Of a DNA stretch of 64,000 nucleotides, positions 12,637 through 25,519 are shown in pieces. The DNA is from Malacoraja senta. Its lineage: Eukaryota. How positions within the stretch are numbered: position 1 is the stretch's first letter; each line of letters opens with the position of its first letter. The stretch spans positions 2,854,001 through 2,918,000 of the forward strand of contig CM075995.1 of NCBI GenBank assembly GCA_038087875.1, given 5' to 3'. Below the pieces are notes generated by a model. The model was given only the letters and a program-made list of their open reading frames with translations. It was not told where the DNA came from and did not search any database. The position numbers and the translations under genes are program-made.

Positions 12637-14247
12637 CAGTGGCTTGCAAAAGTTTTCATACCCCTTGAACTTTTCCACATTTTGTCACGTTACAACCACA
12701 AACGTAAATGTATTTTATTGGGATTTTATGTGATAGACCAACACAAAGTGGTGCATAATTGTGAAGTGGAAGGAAAATGATACATGGTTTTCAAATTTTG
12801 TTACAAATAAAAAACTGAAAAGTGTGGTGTGCAAAAGTATTCAGTCCCCTTTACTCTGATAACCCTAAATAAAATCCAGTGCAACCAATTGCCTTCAGAA
12901 GTCACCTAATTAGTAAATAGAGTCCACTTGTGTGTAATCTTATCTCAGTATAAATACAGCTGTTCCGTGAAGGCCTCAGAGGTTTGTTAGAGAACATTAG
13001 TGAACAAACAGCATCATGAAGCCCAAGGAACACACCAGACAGGTCAGGGATAAAGTTGTGGAGAAGTTTAAAGCAGGGTTAGGTTATAAAAAAATATCCC
13101 AAGCTTTGAACATCTCACGGAGCACTGTTCAATCCATCATCCGAAATGGAAAGAGTATGGCACAACTGCAAACCTACCAAGACATGGCCGTCCACCTAAA
13201 CTGACAGGCAAGGCAAGGAGAGCATTGATCAGAGAAGCAGCCAAGAGGCCCATGGTAACTCTGGAGGAGCTGCAGAGATCCACAGCTCAGGTGGGAGGAT
13301 CTGTCCACAGGACAACTATTAGTCGTGCACTCTACAAATCGGGCCTTTATGGAAGAGTGGCAAGAAGAAAGCCATTGTTGAAAAAACCCCATAAGAAGTC
13401 CCGTTTGGAGTTTGCCACAAGCCATGGACACAGCAAACATGTGGAGGAAGGTGCTCTGGTCAGATGAGACCAAAATTGAAGTTTTTGACCTAAATGCAAA
13501 ACGCTATGTGTGGCGGAAAACTAACACTGCACATCACCCTGAACACACCATCCTCACTGTGAAACATAGTGGTGGCAGCATCATGCTGTGGGGATGCTTT
13601 TCTTCAGCAGGGACAGGGAAGCTGGTCAGAGTTGATGGGAAGATGGATGGAGCCAAATACAGGGCAATCTTGGAAGAAAACCTGTTAGAGTCTGCAAAAG
13701 ACTTGAGACTGGGGCGGAGGTTCACCTTCCAGCAGGACAACGACCCTAAACATACAGCCAGAGCTACAATGGAATGCTTTAGATCAAAGCATATTCATGT
13801 GTTAGAATGGCCCAGTCAAAGTCCAGACCTAAATCCAATTGAGAATCTCTGGCAAGACTTGAAAATTGCTGTTCACAGACGCTCTCCATCCAATCTGACT
13901 GAGCTTGAGCTATTTTGCAAAGAAGAATGGGCAAACATTTCAGTCTCTAGATGTGCAAAGCTGGTAGAGACATACCCCAAAAGACTTGCAGCTGTAATTG
14001 CAGCGAAAGGTGGTTCTACAAATTATTGACTCAGGGGGGCTGAATACTTTTGCACGCCACACTTTTCAGTTTTTTATTTGGAAAAAAATTTGAAAACCAT
14101 GTATCATTTTCCTTCCACTTCACAATTATGCACCACTTTGTGTTGGTCTATCACATAAAATCCCAATAAAAAACATTTACGTTTGTGGTTGTAACGTGAC
14201 AAAATGTGGAAAAGTTTAAGGGGTATGAAAACTTTTGCAAGCCACTG
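12637..14247 (+). mobile_element. Full-length Tc1 DNA transposon (Passport-like, DD34E)
   Basis: TA|CAGTGGCTTGCAAAAGT ... ACTTTTGCAAGCCACTG|TA; ~210-bp near-identical TIRs; internal transposase. Confidence 0.97.
13016..14029 (+). pseudogene. Tc1 transposase with two frameshifts
   Basis: MKPKEHTRQVRDKVVEKFKAGLGYKKIS; WSDETK; QQDND then 34 residues to PIEN; WPSQSPDLNPIE. Confidence 0.95.
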
Positions 14248-14469
14248 TACATCTCTCTGCATTAATCTCTGCAAGAAATTGACCTCTTTTTGTGGACCCA
14301 GCAAACCCAAGCTGGAGGGTAGCTGCGTCAACAAAGCATAGAGTCATAGAGTTCTACCACATAGAAACAAGCCCCTTGGCCCAACTTGCCCACGTTGACC
14401 AAGATGCCCCATCTGCACTGGTCTCACCTGCTTGCGTTTGACTCATATCCCTCTGAATCATTCCTATCC

Positions 14470-15501
14470 TTGTACCAGGGGTCACAGTTTAAGAATAAGG
14501 TGTAGGCCATTTAGGACTGAGATGAGGAAAAACTTTTTCACCCAGAGGGTTGTGAATCTGTGGAATTCTCTGCCACAGAGGGCAGTGGAGGCCAATCCAC
14601 AAAGGACAAAGGACATTTATTGTCACATACACCAATTGGTGCAGTGAAATTTGAGTTGCCATGCAGCACACAATAAGATAAACACAACACTTTAGAATTT
14701 GACATAAAACATTAAAAAAAACATCGCCCCACACCGGAATCAACGTTTCCTACTGTGAGGGAAGGCACCAACGTTCAGTCCCCTTCCTCTTTCACCCGTG
14801 CTCGGGGCCTATTGAGGCCTCCGCAGTCGCCGCTCCGGCCCGATGTTTCAGGCCCTCGAACGGAAGAACACTCTCAGCGGCCCGGAACCTTCGAATCGGC
14901 CGCGGCTTCCGAAGTCCACAGGCCGAGCTGGGCGGCGATTCAACACTGGCAACCTCGGCGAGAGATCCCAGGCTCCGCGATGACAAAGTCAGCGCCGCCC
15001 GCTGCTGGAAAGTCAGCGCCGCCCGCGGCTGGAAAGTCAGTGCCACCAGCGGCTGGAAGCTCCACAGGCCACAGTCCCAGTTGGCAGTCCCAGCACTCCG
15101 GAGCTTCGAACACGGCGACCCTAGTAAGGCATCGGCCGCTCCGCGATGGAATCCAGTGCTGCGCCGCTGCTGAAGCTGAGGCTCTGGCCGGTCTCCGGCA
15201 GGAAGGGCCACGCCTATCCAGGTGGTAGGCTGCGAGGAGGGGGCGAAGATGCGGCTCGGAGAATAGCCGCATCCTCGACCAGGAAGTGACTGAGAAAAAT
15301 AGTTTCCCCTCCCCCCACATAAAAAAGACTAAAAGACCTCCAAAAACAACGTTTAAAGCAGACTAAAAATAACAAAAAGAACGAAAGGACGGACAGCTGT
15401 AGGCGAGGCAGCCACACACGATGGCGCCACCACTGGATGTTTTCAAGAGAGAATTAGATTCAGCTCTTAGGGCTAAGGGGAAAAAGCAGGAAGGGGATAT
15501 T
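14470..15501 (+). mobile_element. CR1 3' fragment hosting the 14601 element and the DIRS; resumes at 23808-23890
   Basis: TRGHSLRIR..FFTQRVVNLWNSLPQRAVEA; CR1 tail continuity across both insertions. Confidence 0.8.
14601..15429 (-). mobile_element. ~830-bp non-autonomous GC-rich retroelement with Rex1/Babar-like 3' end
   Basis: Splits CR1 GCCAATCCAC|TGGATG with CCAC on both sides; minus-strand 3' end TTTCACTGCACC-AATT-GGTGTATGTGACAATAAA plus (TGTCCTT)n; internal 24-bp repeats. Confidence 0.75.
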
Positions 15502-18500
15502 AATAGTAAGATTAAACGAGACCTTACCAGTTTGAAGTTTGATCTTTATTTTATGAGGAGTTACGTTGGTGATTACGTGAAGAAGACCCGTCAGGGCGCA
15601 TGCGCGCCAATCTTCAAAGCCGCGGTATGAAATCACAAAATACCAATAACGAAGTAACATAGTAACATAGTAAAAATGAGTAAATTTTAGAACTTCCATC
15701 TGACCTTTATGAAAGAGGGTTGGGCGTGGTGGGCACGTAATCACCAATGTAACTCCTCATTAAAAAAATCTAACTTCAAACTGGTAAGTTCTCCTTTAAT
15801 CTTACTATTTTACTTCGGAGTCACGTGAGTGACTACGTGAAGACTTTAAAGCTTTGTGATTTCATGCTGCAGATTCAAATCCCGGCCTCACTGCATTGAT
15901 TGACACGGAACGAGAAATAATCAATAATGCATTAATGACATTTGCATGAAAAAATGCAGTAATTCATTTATTTGAATAATAGAATTAACAGTATCCCCTT
16001 TAACCCAGGGGAATTTAAGCAGAACTTAATATAGTATCTGCAAACAGCCCCGTATTGGCAATAGGTCGATGGTAAAAGTGTTGAAACACCAACTTATTAG
16101 ATCACCCGGCGGCTGCGAGAATATGGTCGACGGAACGTCCTTCGCCCTGGCCGCCGATGTTGCTGCTAAATCAAATGGGATGTAAAAACATCACTATTAA
16201 CACCTGCAGCAACCAAGACTTGTTTTAACCATCTTGAAATAGTCTGAACTGACACTATCTGGTATGGTTTTTCGTGAATGATAAACAATCTTGTTTTCAT
16301 ATTTCATAAGACCTTTGTAGCCTCAATGTATTGCAACAAATATGTCTTAACGCAAAGACATGGATCCATGGAATATGCTAATATAACACTCTTAAATCCT
16401 GTCACACCTGACCCTACTTCATTTGAGTAGGTCATAAATGTAAAACATAACATTATCCTGAGGTACTTCCATCCTGTGTATCTGTAACTTTTGTAATGTC
16501 TGCACTCTCTGTGCTTGTTACAAGTGCCATAAGCATGACTACCTTCATGCTGAATTTGGCCAAAATCAGAATCGTACCAAGAGTCCATTGATGAAGTAGC
16601 TTAAAACCACTCTATATTCCAGAATGCCATACCTAGGTTTAGAAGGTCTAGAATTGAAATTCCTTTCATTAATCTGGAAACAAAAGAACGAGACTCAACA
16701 GGATGTCTTTCCGACCCCATCAATAAAAAACGAGGACCATGTACTTCTGGCTGAATAAATCGCACTATAACTCAACCCCTCATAATAGAGTGTTGACAAA
16801 ACCCAAGACATTTGAGACATGTGCCTTACAACATTCAATATTCTTTTGTACACAGAAAATTTTCCCATTCTTTACATAATGGGAAAGCAGCATTTACAGA
16901 GTCATAACCTCCGATTCGCAATTGTACTGCTTTTGAGTGCTCAATCAGTATCTTACTCGAACTACTGGAGACATGTTAAATCCACCACTGCAAATCAGAA
17001 GCAGCATTTGTTGTTTAACTGCATGGCCTATCAAAATGGCTGCCATGCATCTTAGTGCCTTTTCTTTTTGCCGTCTGTAGCTGCTGGTAGTGCGATGGCC
17101 CATATTGTATTCCTTGAAATAACACAAATTTTCCTAGCAAGCTGGCCACCTGTCTTAATTGAAGATTGTTGCTTTTTCAAAAGCTTAATGCAACCATCAA
17201 TCAGCTCTACCCTTTACCCTGGGTAAAATTACTACCATGTCAATTGAATCAAGTGTGACATTAAAATAATCAATTGTTGTAAGTGGCGTTAACCTTGATT
17301 TCTCTGGATGAATTAAACCCAAAACTTTCAAAAGTGGATTGCACAATTGAGAGAGATAACTCACTAATTCCCTTGTTCGTCCTAATTAGGACATCATCCA
17401 GTTAAGCCATCAACATCTGTCCTTGGACTCTAATTAGCCCCAAAATTGGTTTTACCAATTTAGTGACATTCTAGGAACTGTAGTTAACCCATTAGACAGA
17501 ACTTTGAATTGCCACAATAGTTTCATTCAGATAAATTTCAAATATTTTTATCTTACAAATGAACAGACACTGAATAATATACATCTTTCAGATCTATAGG
17601 TGCCATATAACATCTTTTGAAATGTTGTTTGGCAGTCTCAAAGTCTCCATTTTGAAGTGTCTACACAAAGACTTGTCAGATCTAAAATACTCCTCACCTT
17701 ATTAGGTCGAGAAAGTTTAAACACAATTTGGTGGTTTTGATAAACCAACCTTTCAATTACTTGTTTATCGACAATTTTTCAAATTTAGCTTGAACCTCCA
17801 TCGCTTCTTTTTGTGAAATTGGAGTGTTCTGCTAGGAACATGCTGGATGGCAAATCACTGTTTGGATCGAATCAATTCGAAACCTTTGAATAATACTCAG
17901 AATAATGAATCTGAAGTAATTTGCTTCCAATATTTGGCTGTTTTTGCCTTAACATGTCCCCATGAGAACCAGGTCCACCTACCTCCTTTGTCACCTGAGT
18001 AACCTGTGGTCCCTGGCTCCTGGCAGGAAAACCCACACTTTTTCGTGTTCCTGCTGCAGGACGCCAACTGCTTCAATGGTCGACTTGTTCCTGGTGTAGG
18101 CCCAGGATTCTGTATGATGTCTGAAAGGATACCTCCTCTTCACAGACTTGCCGACCATCGATGTTTTGATCAACCTTGCTGTTTTTGCCTCATCATCCAA
18201 CTCTTTCCCGCATTTCATGAGGTTTTTTCTCCGAAGAGTAAGTTGAGTGACTACACATTGCTGGGCTTTACAGTGTTGCTGCAACTTGGGGTTGATGGTG
18301 GGCCGAATGGCATACTTCCTGAAACAATTAATCTCAAAGTGGGTGCTACATAGCAACCCTAGTGCCTCTTGATGCATCTCCATCCCTGGCCTCCATCCAT
18401 TGTTCTTGCAAAAATGCAGTTGTTCCTCAACCCAGCAGTTTCATAGAAACATAGAAACATAGAAATTAGGTGCAGGAGTAGGCCATTCGGCCCTTCGAGC

Positions 18501-18540
18501 CTGCACCGCCATTCAATATGATCATGGCTGATCATCCAAC

Positions 18541-21500
18541 TCAGTATCCCATACCTGCCTTCTCTCCATACCCTCTGATCCCTTTAGCCACAAGGGCCAC
18601 ATCTAACTCCCTCTTAAATATAGCCAATGAACTGGCCTCGACTACCCTCTGTGGCAGAGAGTTCCAGAGATTCACCACTCTCTGTGTGAAAAAAGTTCTC
18701 CTCATCTCAGTTTTAAAGGATTTCCCCCTTATCCTTAAGCTGTGACCCCTTGTCCTGGACTTCCCCAACATCGGGAACAATCTTCCTGCATCTAGCCTGT
18801 CCAACCCCTTAAGAATTTTGTAAGTTTCTATAAGATCCCCTCTCCATCTCCTAAATTCTAGAGAGTATAAACCAAGTCTATCCAGTCTTTCTTCATAAGA
18901 CAGTCCTGACATCCCAGGAATCAGTCCGGTGAACCTTCTCTGCACTCCCTCTATGGCAATAATGTCCTTCCTCAGATTTGGAGACCAAAACTGTACGCAA
19001 TACTCCAGGTGTGGTCTCACCAAGACCCTGTACAACTGCAGTAGAACCTCCCTGCTCCTATACTCAAATCCTTTTGCTATGAAAGCTAACATACCATTCG
19101 CTTTCTTCACTGCCTGCTGCACCTGCATGCCTACTTTCAACGACTGGTGTACCATGACACCCAGGTCTCGCTGCATCTCCCCTTTTCCTAGTCGGCCACC
19201 ATTTAGATAATAGTCTGCTTCCCTGTTTTTGCCACCAAAATGGATAACCTCACATTTATCCACATTATACTGCATCTGCCAAACATTTGCCCACTCACCC
19301 AGCCTATCCAAGTCACCTTGCAGTCTCGTAGCATCCTCCTCACAGCTAACACTGCCCCCCAACTTAGTGTCATCCGTAAACTTGGAGATATTGCCTTCAA
19401 TTCCCTCATCCAGATCATTAATATATATTGTAAATAGCTGGGGTCCCAGCACTGAGCTTTGCGGCCCACTAGTCACTGCCTGCCATTGTGAAAAGGACCC
19501 GTTTACTCCTACTTTTTGCTTCCTGTTTGCCAGCCAGTTCTCTACACACATCAATACTGAACCCCCAATGCCATGTGCTTTAAGTTTGTATACTAAGCTC
19601 TTATGTGGGACCTTGTCGAAAGCCTTCTGGAAGTCCAGAAACACCACATCCACTGGTTCTCCCCTATCCACGCTACTAGTTACATCCTCGAAAAATTCTA
19701 TAAGATTCGTCAGACATGATTTACCTTTCGTAAATCTATGCTGACTTTGTCCAATGATTTCACCACTTTCCATATGTCCCATCTTTACTAACTGACTCTA
19801 GCAGTTTCCCCACTACCGATGTTAGACTAACTGGTCTGTAATTCCCCGTTTTCTCTCTCCCTCCCTTCTTGAAAAGTGGGGTTACGTTTGCTACCCGCCA
19901 ATCCTCAGGAACTACTCCAGAATCTAAAGAGTTTTGAAAGATTATTACTAATGCATCCACTATTTCTGGAGCTACTTCCTTAAGTACTCTGGGATGCAGC
20001 CTATCTAGCCCTGGGGATTTATCGGCCTTTAATCCATTCAATTTACCCAACACCACTTCCCGACTAACCTGGATTTCACTCAATTCCTCCAACTCCTTTG
20101 ACCCGCGGTCCCCTGCTATTTCCGGCAGATTATTTATGTCTTCCTTAGTGAAGACGGAACCAAAGTAGTTATTCAATTGGTCCGCCATATCCTTGTTCCC
20201 CATGATCAACTCACCTGTTTCTGACTGCAAGGGACCTACATTTGTTTTAACTAATCTCTTTCTTTTCACATATCTATAAAAGCTTTTGCAGTCAGTTTTT
20301 ATGTTCCCTGCCAGTTTTCTTTCATAATCTATTTTTCCTTTCCTAATTAAGCCCTTTGTCCTCCTCTGCTGGTCTCTGAATTTCTCCCAGTCCTATGCTG
20401 CTTTTTCTGGCTAATTTGTACGCATCATCCTTCGCTTTGATACCATCCCTGATTTCCCTTGTTATCCACGGATGCACTACCTTCCCTGATTTATTCTTTT
20501 GCCAAACTGGGATGAACAATTTTTGTAGTTCATCCATGCAGTCTTTAAATGTCTTCCATTGCATATCCACCGTCAACCCTTTTAGAATTAATTGCCAGTC
20601 AATCTTGGCCAATTCACGTCTCATACCCTCAAAGTTACCTTTCTTTAAGTTCAGAACCATTGTTTCTGAATTAACAATGTCACTCTCCATCCTAATGAAG
20701 AACTCAACCATATTATGGTCACTCTTGCCCAAGGGGGCACGTGCAACAAGACTGCTAACTAACCCTTCCTCATTACTCAATACCCAGTCTAAAATAGCCT
20801 GCTCTCTCGTTGGTTCCTCTACATGTTGATTTAGATAACTATCCCGCATACATTCCAAGAAATCCTCTTCCTCAGCACCCCTGCCAATTTGATTCACCCA
20901 ATCTATATGTAGATTGAAGTCACCCATTATAACTGTTTTGCCTTTGTCGCACGCATTTCTAATTTCCTGTTTGATACCATCTCCAACTTCACTACTACTG
21001 TTAGGTGGCCTGTACACAACACCCACCAGCGTTTTCTGCCCCTTAGTGTTTCGCAGCTCTACCCATACCGATTCCACATCCTCGAAACTAATGTCCTTCC
21101 TTTCCATTGCGTTAATCTCCTCTCTAATCAGCAACGCTACCCCACCTCCTTTTCCTTTCTCTCTATCCCTCCTGAATATTGAATATCCCTGGATGTTCAG
21201 CTCCCAGCCTTGGTCACCCTGGAGCCATGTCTCCGTGATCCCAACCATATCATAGTCATTAATAGCTATCTGCACATTCAACTCATCCACCTTATTATGA
21301 ATGTTCCTTGCATTGAGACACAAAGCCTTCAGGCTTGTTTTTACAACACTCTTACCCCTTATACAATTATGTTGAAAAGTGGCCCTTTTTGATTTTTGCC
21401 CTGGTTTTGTCTGCCTGCCACTTTTACTTTTCACCTTGCTACCTCTTGCTTCTACCCTCATTTTACACCCCTCTGTCTCTACGCTCACACATTTAAGAAA

Positions 21501-21560
21501 CCCTTTCCCTTTAACTCCATCCTCCACTATCCCATTCGACACCCCACCCCCCTTATTCAG
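18541..21560 (-). pseudogene. CR1 ORF2 (endonuclease and RT) with frameshifts
   Basis: ORFs 20343-21617, 19760-20269 and 18541-19782 carry APE and RT motifs. Confidence 0.93.
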
Positions 21561-22483
21561 TTTAAAACCACCCGTGTAGCAGTGGCAAACCTGCCTGCCA
21601 GAATGCTGGTCCCACACCTGTTAAAATGCAATCCGTCCCTTTTGTACAGTTCCCCCTTACCCCAAAACAGATCCCAGTGATCTAAGAATCTAAATCCCTG
21701 CCCCGTGCACCAGTTCCTCAGCCACATGTTCAGGTCCCGTATCTCCCTGTTCCTGCTCTCGCCAGCACGAGGAACTGGAAGCAAACCGGAGATAACAACC
21801 CTGGAGGTCCTGCTTTTCAGCATTTTTCCGAGCTCTCTAAAGTCACGCTGCAGATTATTCATCCCCTTCTTTCCGACATCGTTTGTGCCGACATGCACTA
21901 CCACTTCCGGATGTTCACCTTCGCCCTTGAGGATTTTCTGCACTCTGTCCGTGACATCCTGGATCCTGGCACCAGGAAGGCAGCACACCATCCTCGCATC
22001 CCGTCTGTTGCCGCAGAAACCCCTGTCCGTTCCTCTCACAATGGAGTCTCCCACTACAATGGCATTGCCTGCCTTAGGCCTTTTTGGTTTTGGCTCAACA
22101 GCCCTATTCGCATCGCAAGCCAGTCCGCCGCTCAGTGTAAACACGTCTTCTGTCCCAACAGCTTCTAAGTGGGTGAACCTGTTCACAAGAGGTACAACAC
22201 CCGGGGACATTGGCATTCCATGCTTCCCTCCCTTTCTCACCGTCTCCCACCTTCTCTCTTCCAGTACCTTAGGTGTAACAATCGTACTGTAGGATTTGTC
22301 GAGGAACGACTCCGTTTCTCAGACGAACCGGAGGTCATCCACTTGCTTCTCCAGTTCCACAACACGGCCCTTCAGGAGCTCTACCTGGATGCACTTCTCG
22401 CATTTGTAGCAGCCAGAGGCACCAGCGGTGTCCTTGACCTCCCACATACTGCAAGCATCGCACTGAATCAGCTTGCCTGACAT
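21557..22483 (-). pseudogene. CR1 ORF1: zinc finger, coiled coil and SGNH esterase, with one in-frame TGA
   Basis: ATG at 22483 gives MSGKLIQCDACSMW...YKCEKC..LEKQVDDLR; in-frame TGA at 22321-22319; then VGDSIVRG, HVGTND, RDGLH. Confidence 0.88.
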
Positions 22484-22663
22484 CTCCTTCTTTCGTCTCT
22501 ACCTCTCAAGCATATTGCGTGGTCTCCTCGCCGAAGACTCTCGAGCCAAAGACTCACACTTCCCTCACAAGGCCGCTCACTCACTGCCGCTCGCTAAGAG
22601 CCGTCTTGCTTAAATTGATGGATAAATTGCCTGATTTACCAATTTACAAACCAAATTCCTCAG

Positions 22664-22925
22664 TTTTCAACTGTTTTCCCCACTCTGACTCACTTCTCTC
22701 CTCCCACTCGGGCTAGAGCCAATCAGTCGTATCTCTTGCTAATCTCCTGCTGCTGTTGCTCCCAAATCTACAGCAGTTCTGAGTAAAGTCTGCCTGTGCT
22801 TGGCTTCTACTTTTCAACTGTTTTCCCGGCACTGACTCATTTCTCTCCTCCCACTCGGGCTAGAGCCAATCAGTTGTATCTCTTGCTAATCTCCTGCTGC
22901 TGTTGCTCCCAAATCTACAGCAGTT
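22664..22925 (-). repeat. Tandem 147-bp monomers in the CR1 5' UTR
   Basis: TTTTCAACTGTTTTCCC...AAATCTACAGCAGTT starting at both 22664 and 22811. Confidence 0.85.
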
Positions 22926-24114
22926 TCAATATTCTCTGCAGTTTTATTTTGTAGGCTCACATGCCCTCGCCCATCTGACTCCTTTTATATTGGTTCACTG
23001 CTAGTACTTTGAGCAATATGCAGTTCCTTGGGGTCTCGTGCTTTTTTTGGCATTTTCATCCATCGTAAGCTACTGGAGCTGATGGAAGACAAAATAGTTG
23101 ATCGTAGATCCCACTTCTTCTCCCAGTGGCTCTCCTGACTCTGACGGGGCAGCGAATCGTACTGCCAGGAGTAGAACATCTGGCAGCTGCCGTCTTCGCT
23201 TGTATCGGAGACCTCTGCTGACCCTGTGCACGCGCCTCATCAATGAGGGTGCTATCAAGCAGCCCTTTACTAGATGCTGCTGACCTGGCTTCTGCAGCCT
23301 GGCTCTGACATCACTCCTCCTGGAGTATGTCTTGTTGGAGCAACCCGTGTACAGGTTCTCCATTTGGAATATCCACTCAGAAAGTGGTATCCAGCCTTGG
23401 AGGTGAATCCCAAACTGACTCTTGCTCCATGGACCTGACTTGCATGTTGGCTAGCGCCCAACTGACGCTGGCTCCGTTCTTTTTCTAAATACACAAGTCC
23501 ACAGTCGCCCCGCTCCCAGCCGGCGACTGTTACAGGGGTATGAGGCAGCCCTTCACCAACCGCATTCCCGCGGCTCTCTATCGGCTTTGCGCCTCGCCTC
23601 TTGCCCTTGCCCATTTTGTTCACGGTGCCTGTGAAAAATCGCAACAGACCACCACAGCAAACGGACCTAAAAAACTCCCTTGGAGTTGTAAAAACTACAT
23701 TCCACTACATTCCACGTCCGTGAGCGCCAATGCGTCTGACGTAATGACGCACATGCGCCCTGACGGGTCTTCTTCACGTAGTCACTCACGTGACTCCGAA
23801 GTAAAATTTTGGATGATCAGCCATGATCATATTGAATGGCGGTGCTGTCTCGAAGGCTCGAATGGCCTACTCCTTCACCTATGTTTCTATGTACCTGTCC
23901 AAATGTCCTTTAGATGTTGTTATTGTACCCACCTCAACTGCCTCCTCCAGCAGTTCGTTCCATATACCCACCATCCTTTACATGAAAAAGTTGCTCCTAA
24001 GATTCCTATTAAATCTTTCCCCTCTCACCTTAATCCTGTGTCCACTGGTTCTTGATTCCCCTACTCTGGGTGAAAGGCACTGTGCAATCACAATTTTAAT
24101 TTTTATTCCCCTCA

Positions 24115-24318
24115 TGTAAAGGCTTGATAACGAGGCATCATTACTTTACTATCTTTATTCATACTGGATCATTATACATTGCACTAGCTGTACGTGGTCT
24201 GTCACAGGAACTAGAGAGCGATCTGTGGGTGGGGAGGTTGTAGTTATACTTGTGATATGGGGAGTGGTTAGTAGGTATGAGGTCACTATGTTAAAGGCAC
24301 ATGCATATCTCATCTACA
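24115..24318 (-). repeat. Gypsy 3' LTR (204 bp)
   Basis: TGTAGATG...AATAAA...CTTTACA, immediately after PPT GGAGAGGAAGGA (24330-24319). Confidence 0.85.
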
Positions 24319-24387
24319 TCCTTCCTCTCCGAAACGACAGGCAAATACAATGGTGACATGGCGACCACGGCTCATGCGCTAGGATAG

Positions 24388-24670
24388 CTAGGCAACATCG
24401 CCATAGCGGTCAGGCGGTTTGACAAGACGTCCCGCCCGGGTTCGCGTCTCGCCATCCACCCTTCCTGCAGGAGGAAGAGGCACCAGCGGGGACAGACGAA
24501 CCTGAAAGGGAGAAACGGGAGGAAACGGAAGAGACCGCGGCACCGAAACTGGAGGGGATGCGGGGCCGGGACCGGGAAGAGCGCGGGGGGGCGAGCGAGG
24601 ACTAGTCGGAGTGTGATGGAGCGGAGGGGGCGAAGGAGGAGCAGACCGAGGCATGTCAGGAATCACGGGC
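24388..24670 (-). pseudogene. Gypsy pol (integrase) Pro-rich C-terminal tail
   Basis: Ends ETRTRAGRLVKPPDRY, the typical Gypsy integrase C-terminal TRxGRxVKPPxR motif, ~60 bp before the PPT. Confidence 0.75.
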
Positions 24671-24671
24671 C

Positions 24672-25400
24672 CAAGTAGATGTCCCTCATTTCCAACATCT
24701 CAGCTCAAAGTTCTTCCATTTCATCCTTCAGGTAGTCGTTCTCTGAGCGCAGCTCCTCCATCTCCTTGACCATCTCCTCCTCCTCATGGACGCCGTCGGG
24801 CAGCTGTTCCTCGCTGAAGTCGGAGAACCCGAGCGAGTTGGTGAGGTGGAGGCGGCCGTCGGACTGCGGGCTGCCCGGTGATCCGGAGCCGGAGCCGGGG
24901 AGGGGGAGGGGGAGGGGGAGGGAGAGGGCCGGCGCCTCGCTGTCGCTGGTGTGGGCCGACAGGTCGGAGCTGCTGTCGGTGGCTCCGGCTGCCCAGCGCC
25001 TGCCCGGGCCCGGGGTGTGGACGTGGCCGTGGCCGTGGTTGTGGGCCTGGGCCCGCGGGCTCTTCCAACGGGCGGCCGCTTTCTTCTTCTTCCCGCCCGC
25101 GGCCGCAGCGGACGCCGCCGGCGCCTTCTTACCCCTGAGCTCAGCCCGCGCTCCCTCCGCCCCGGGCCCGGCACCGGCCGCCTTGCCGCTCGCGCCTGGC
25201 CGCGTATCCTTGAGCCCCGGGCTGTGGCTGTGGGTGTGTCTGGACAAGCGGCATTGCCCCTTCACCCGGCCCACTGACCAGCCCTGCACCGCTGCCTTGG
25301 GTCTGGCCGGCGACGGCTCACGGTGCACCTTCTTCTTCTCGCCCGGCATCTTCTTCTGCTGCTGCTGCTTGGTATCTGCAGTCCCGTTCACCGCCTCCAT
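24672..25400 (-). pseudogene. SOGA1: Processed 5' fragment of SOGA1/MTCL2 (microtubule cross-linking factor family); 231-aa ORF ending at a TGA where Arg is expected
   Basis: [69 protein letters not shown] match the recalled SOGA1 N-terminus ([55 protein letters not shown]); no intron; abruptly joined to Gypsy sequence. Confidence 0.85.
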
Positions 25401-25519
25401 CCCTCACCCAACCCACCGATGCGATTCACTCAATGCAACGAACCAAGACCGATGGGATCCTTGTCTCAGCTCATCTCATCTCATCTCATCTCATCCCATC
25501 CCCGCGTCCTGGTCGGCTC

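Larger units (their letters stand above)
18444..22917 (-). mobile_element. Full-length CR1 LINE inserted in the DIRS gag region
   Basis: TSD CAGCAGTTTCA (18433-18443, 22918-22928); ORF1, ORF2 and (TTTCTATG)n tail. Confidence 0.96.
15502..23807 (-). mobile_element. DIRS1-like tyrosine-recombinase retrotransposon, terminally complete, coding region decayed, interrupted by a CR1
   Basis: Inverted terminal repeats (15575-15607 vs 23748-23779); internal complementary region ~15737-15843 matching both termini; minus-strand remnants IDLKD and LDD (RT) and AATSAA..HILAAAG*S...FQHFYHRPI (YR); AAT at both ends. Confidence 0.9.

Noticed and set aside
8646..22480. Antisense ORFs over the CR1 elements
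   Set aside because: Reverse-frame shadows of CR1 ORF1/ORF2 that recur in each copy.
24705..25400. Native SOGA1 exon 1 in situ
   Set aside because: No splice donor after YLK; it runs on into downstream coding sequence with a stop and then into Gypsy DNA, all inside a TSD; no further SOGA1 exons were recognised in the window.
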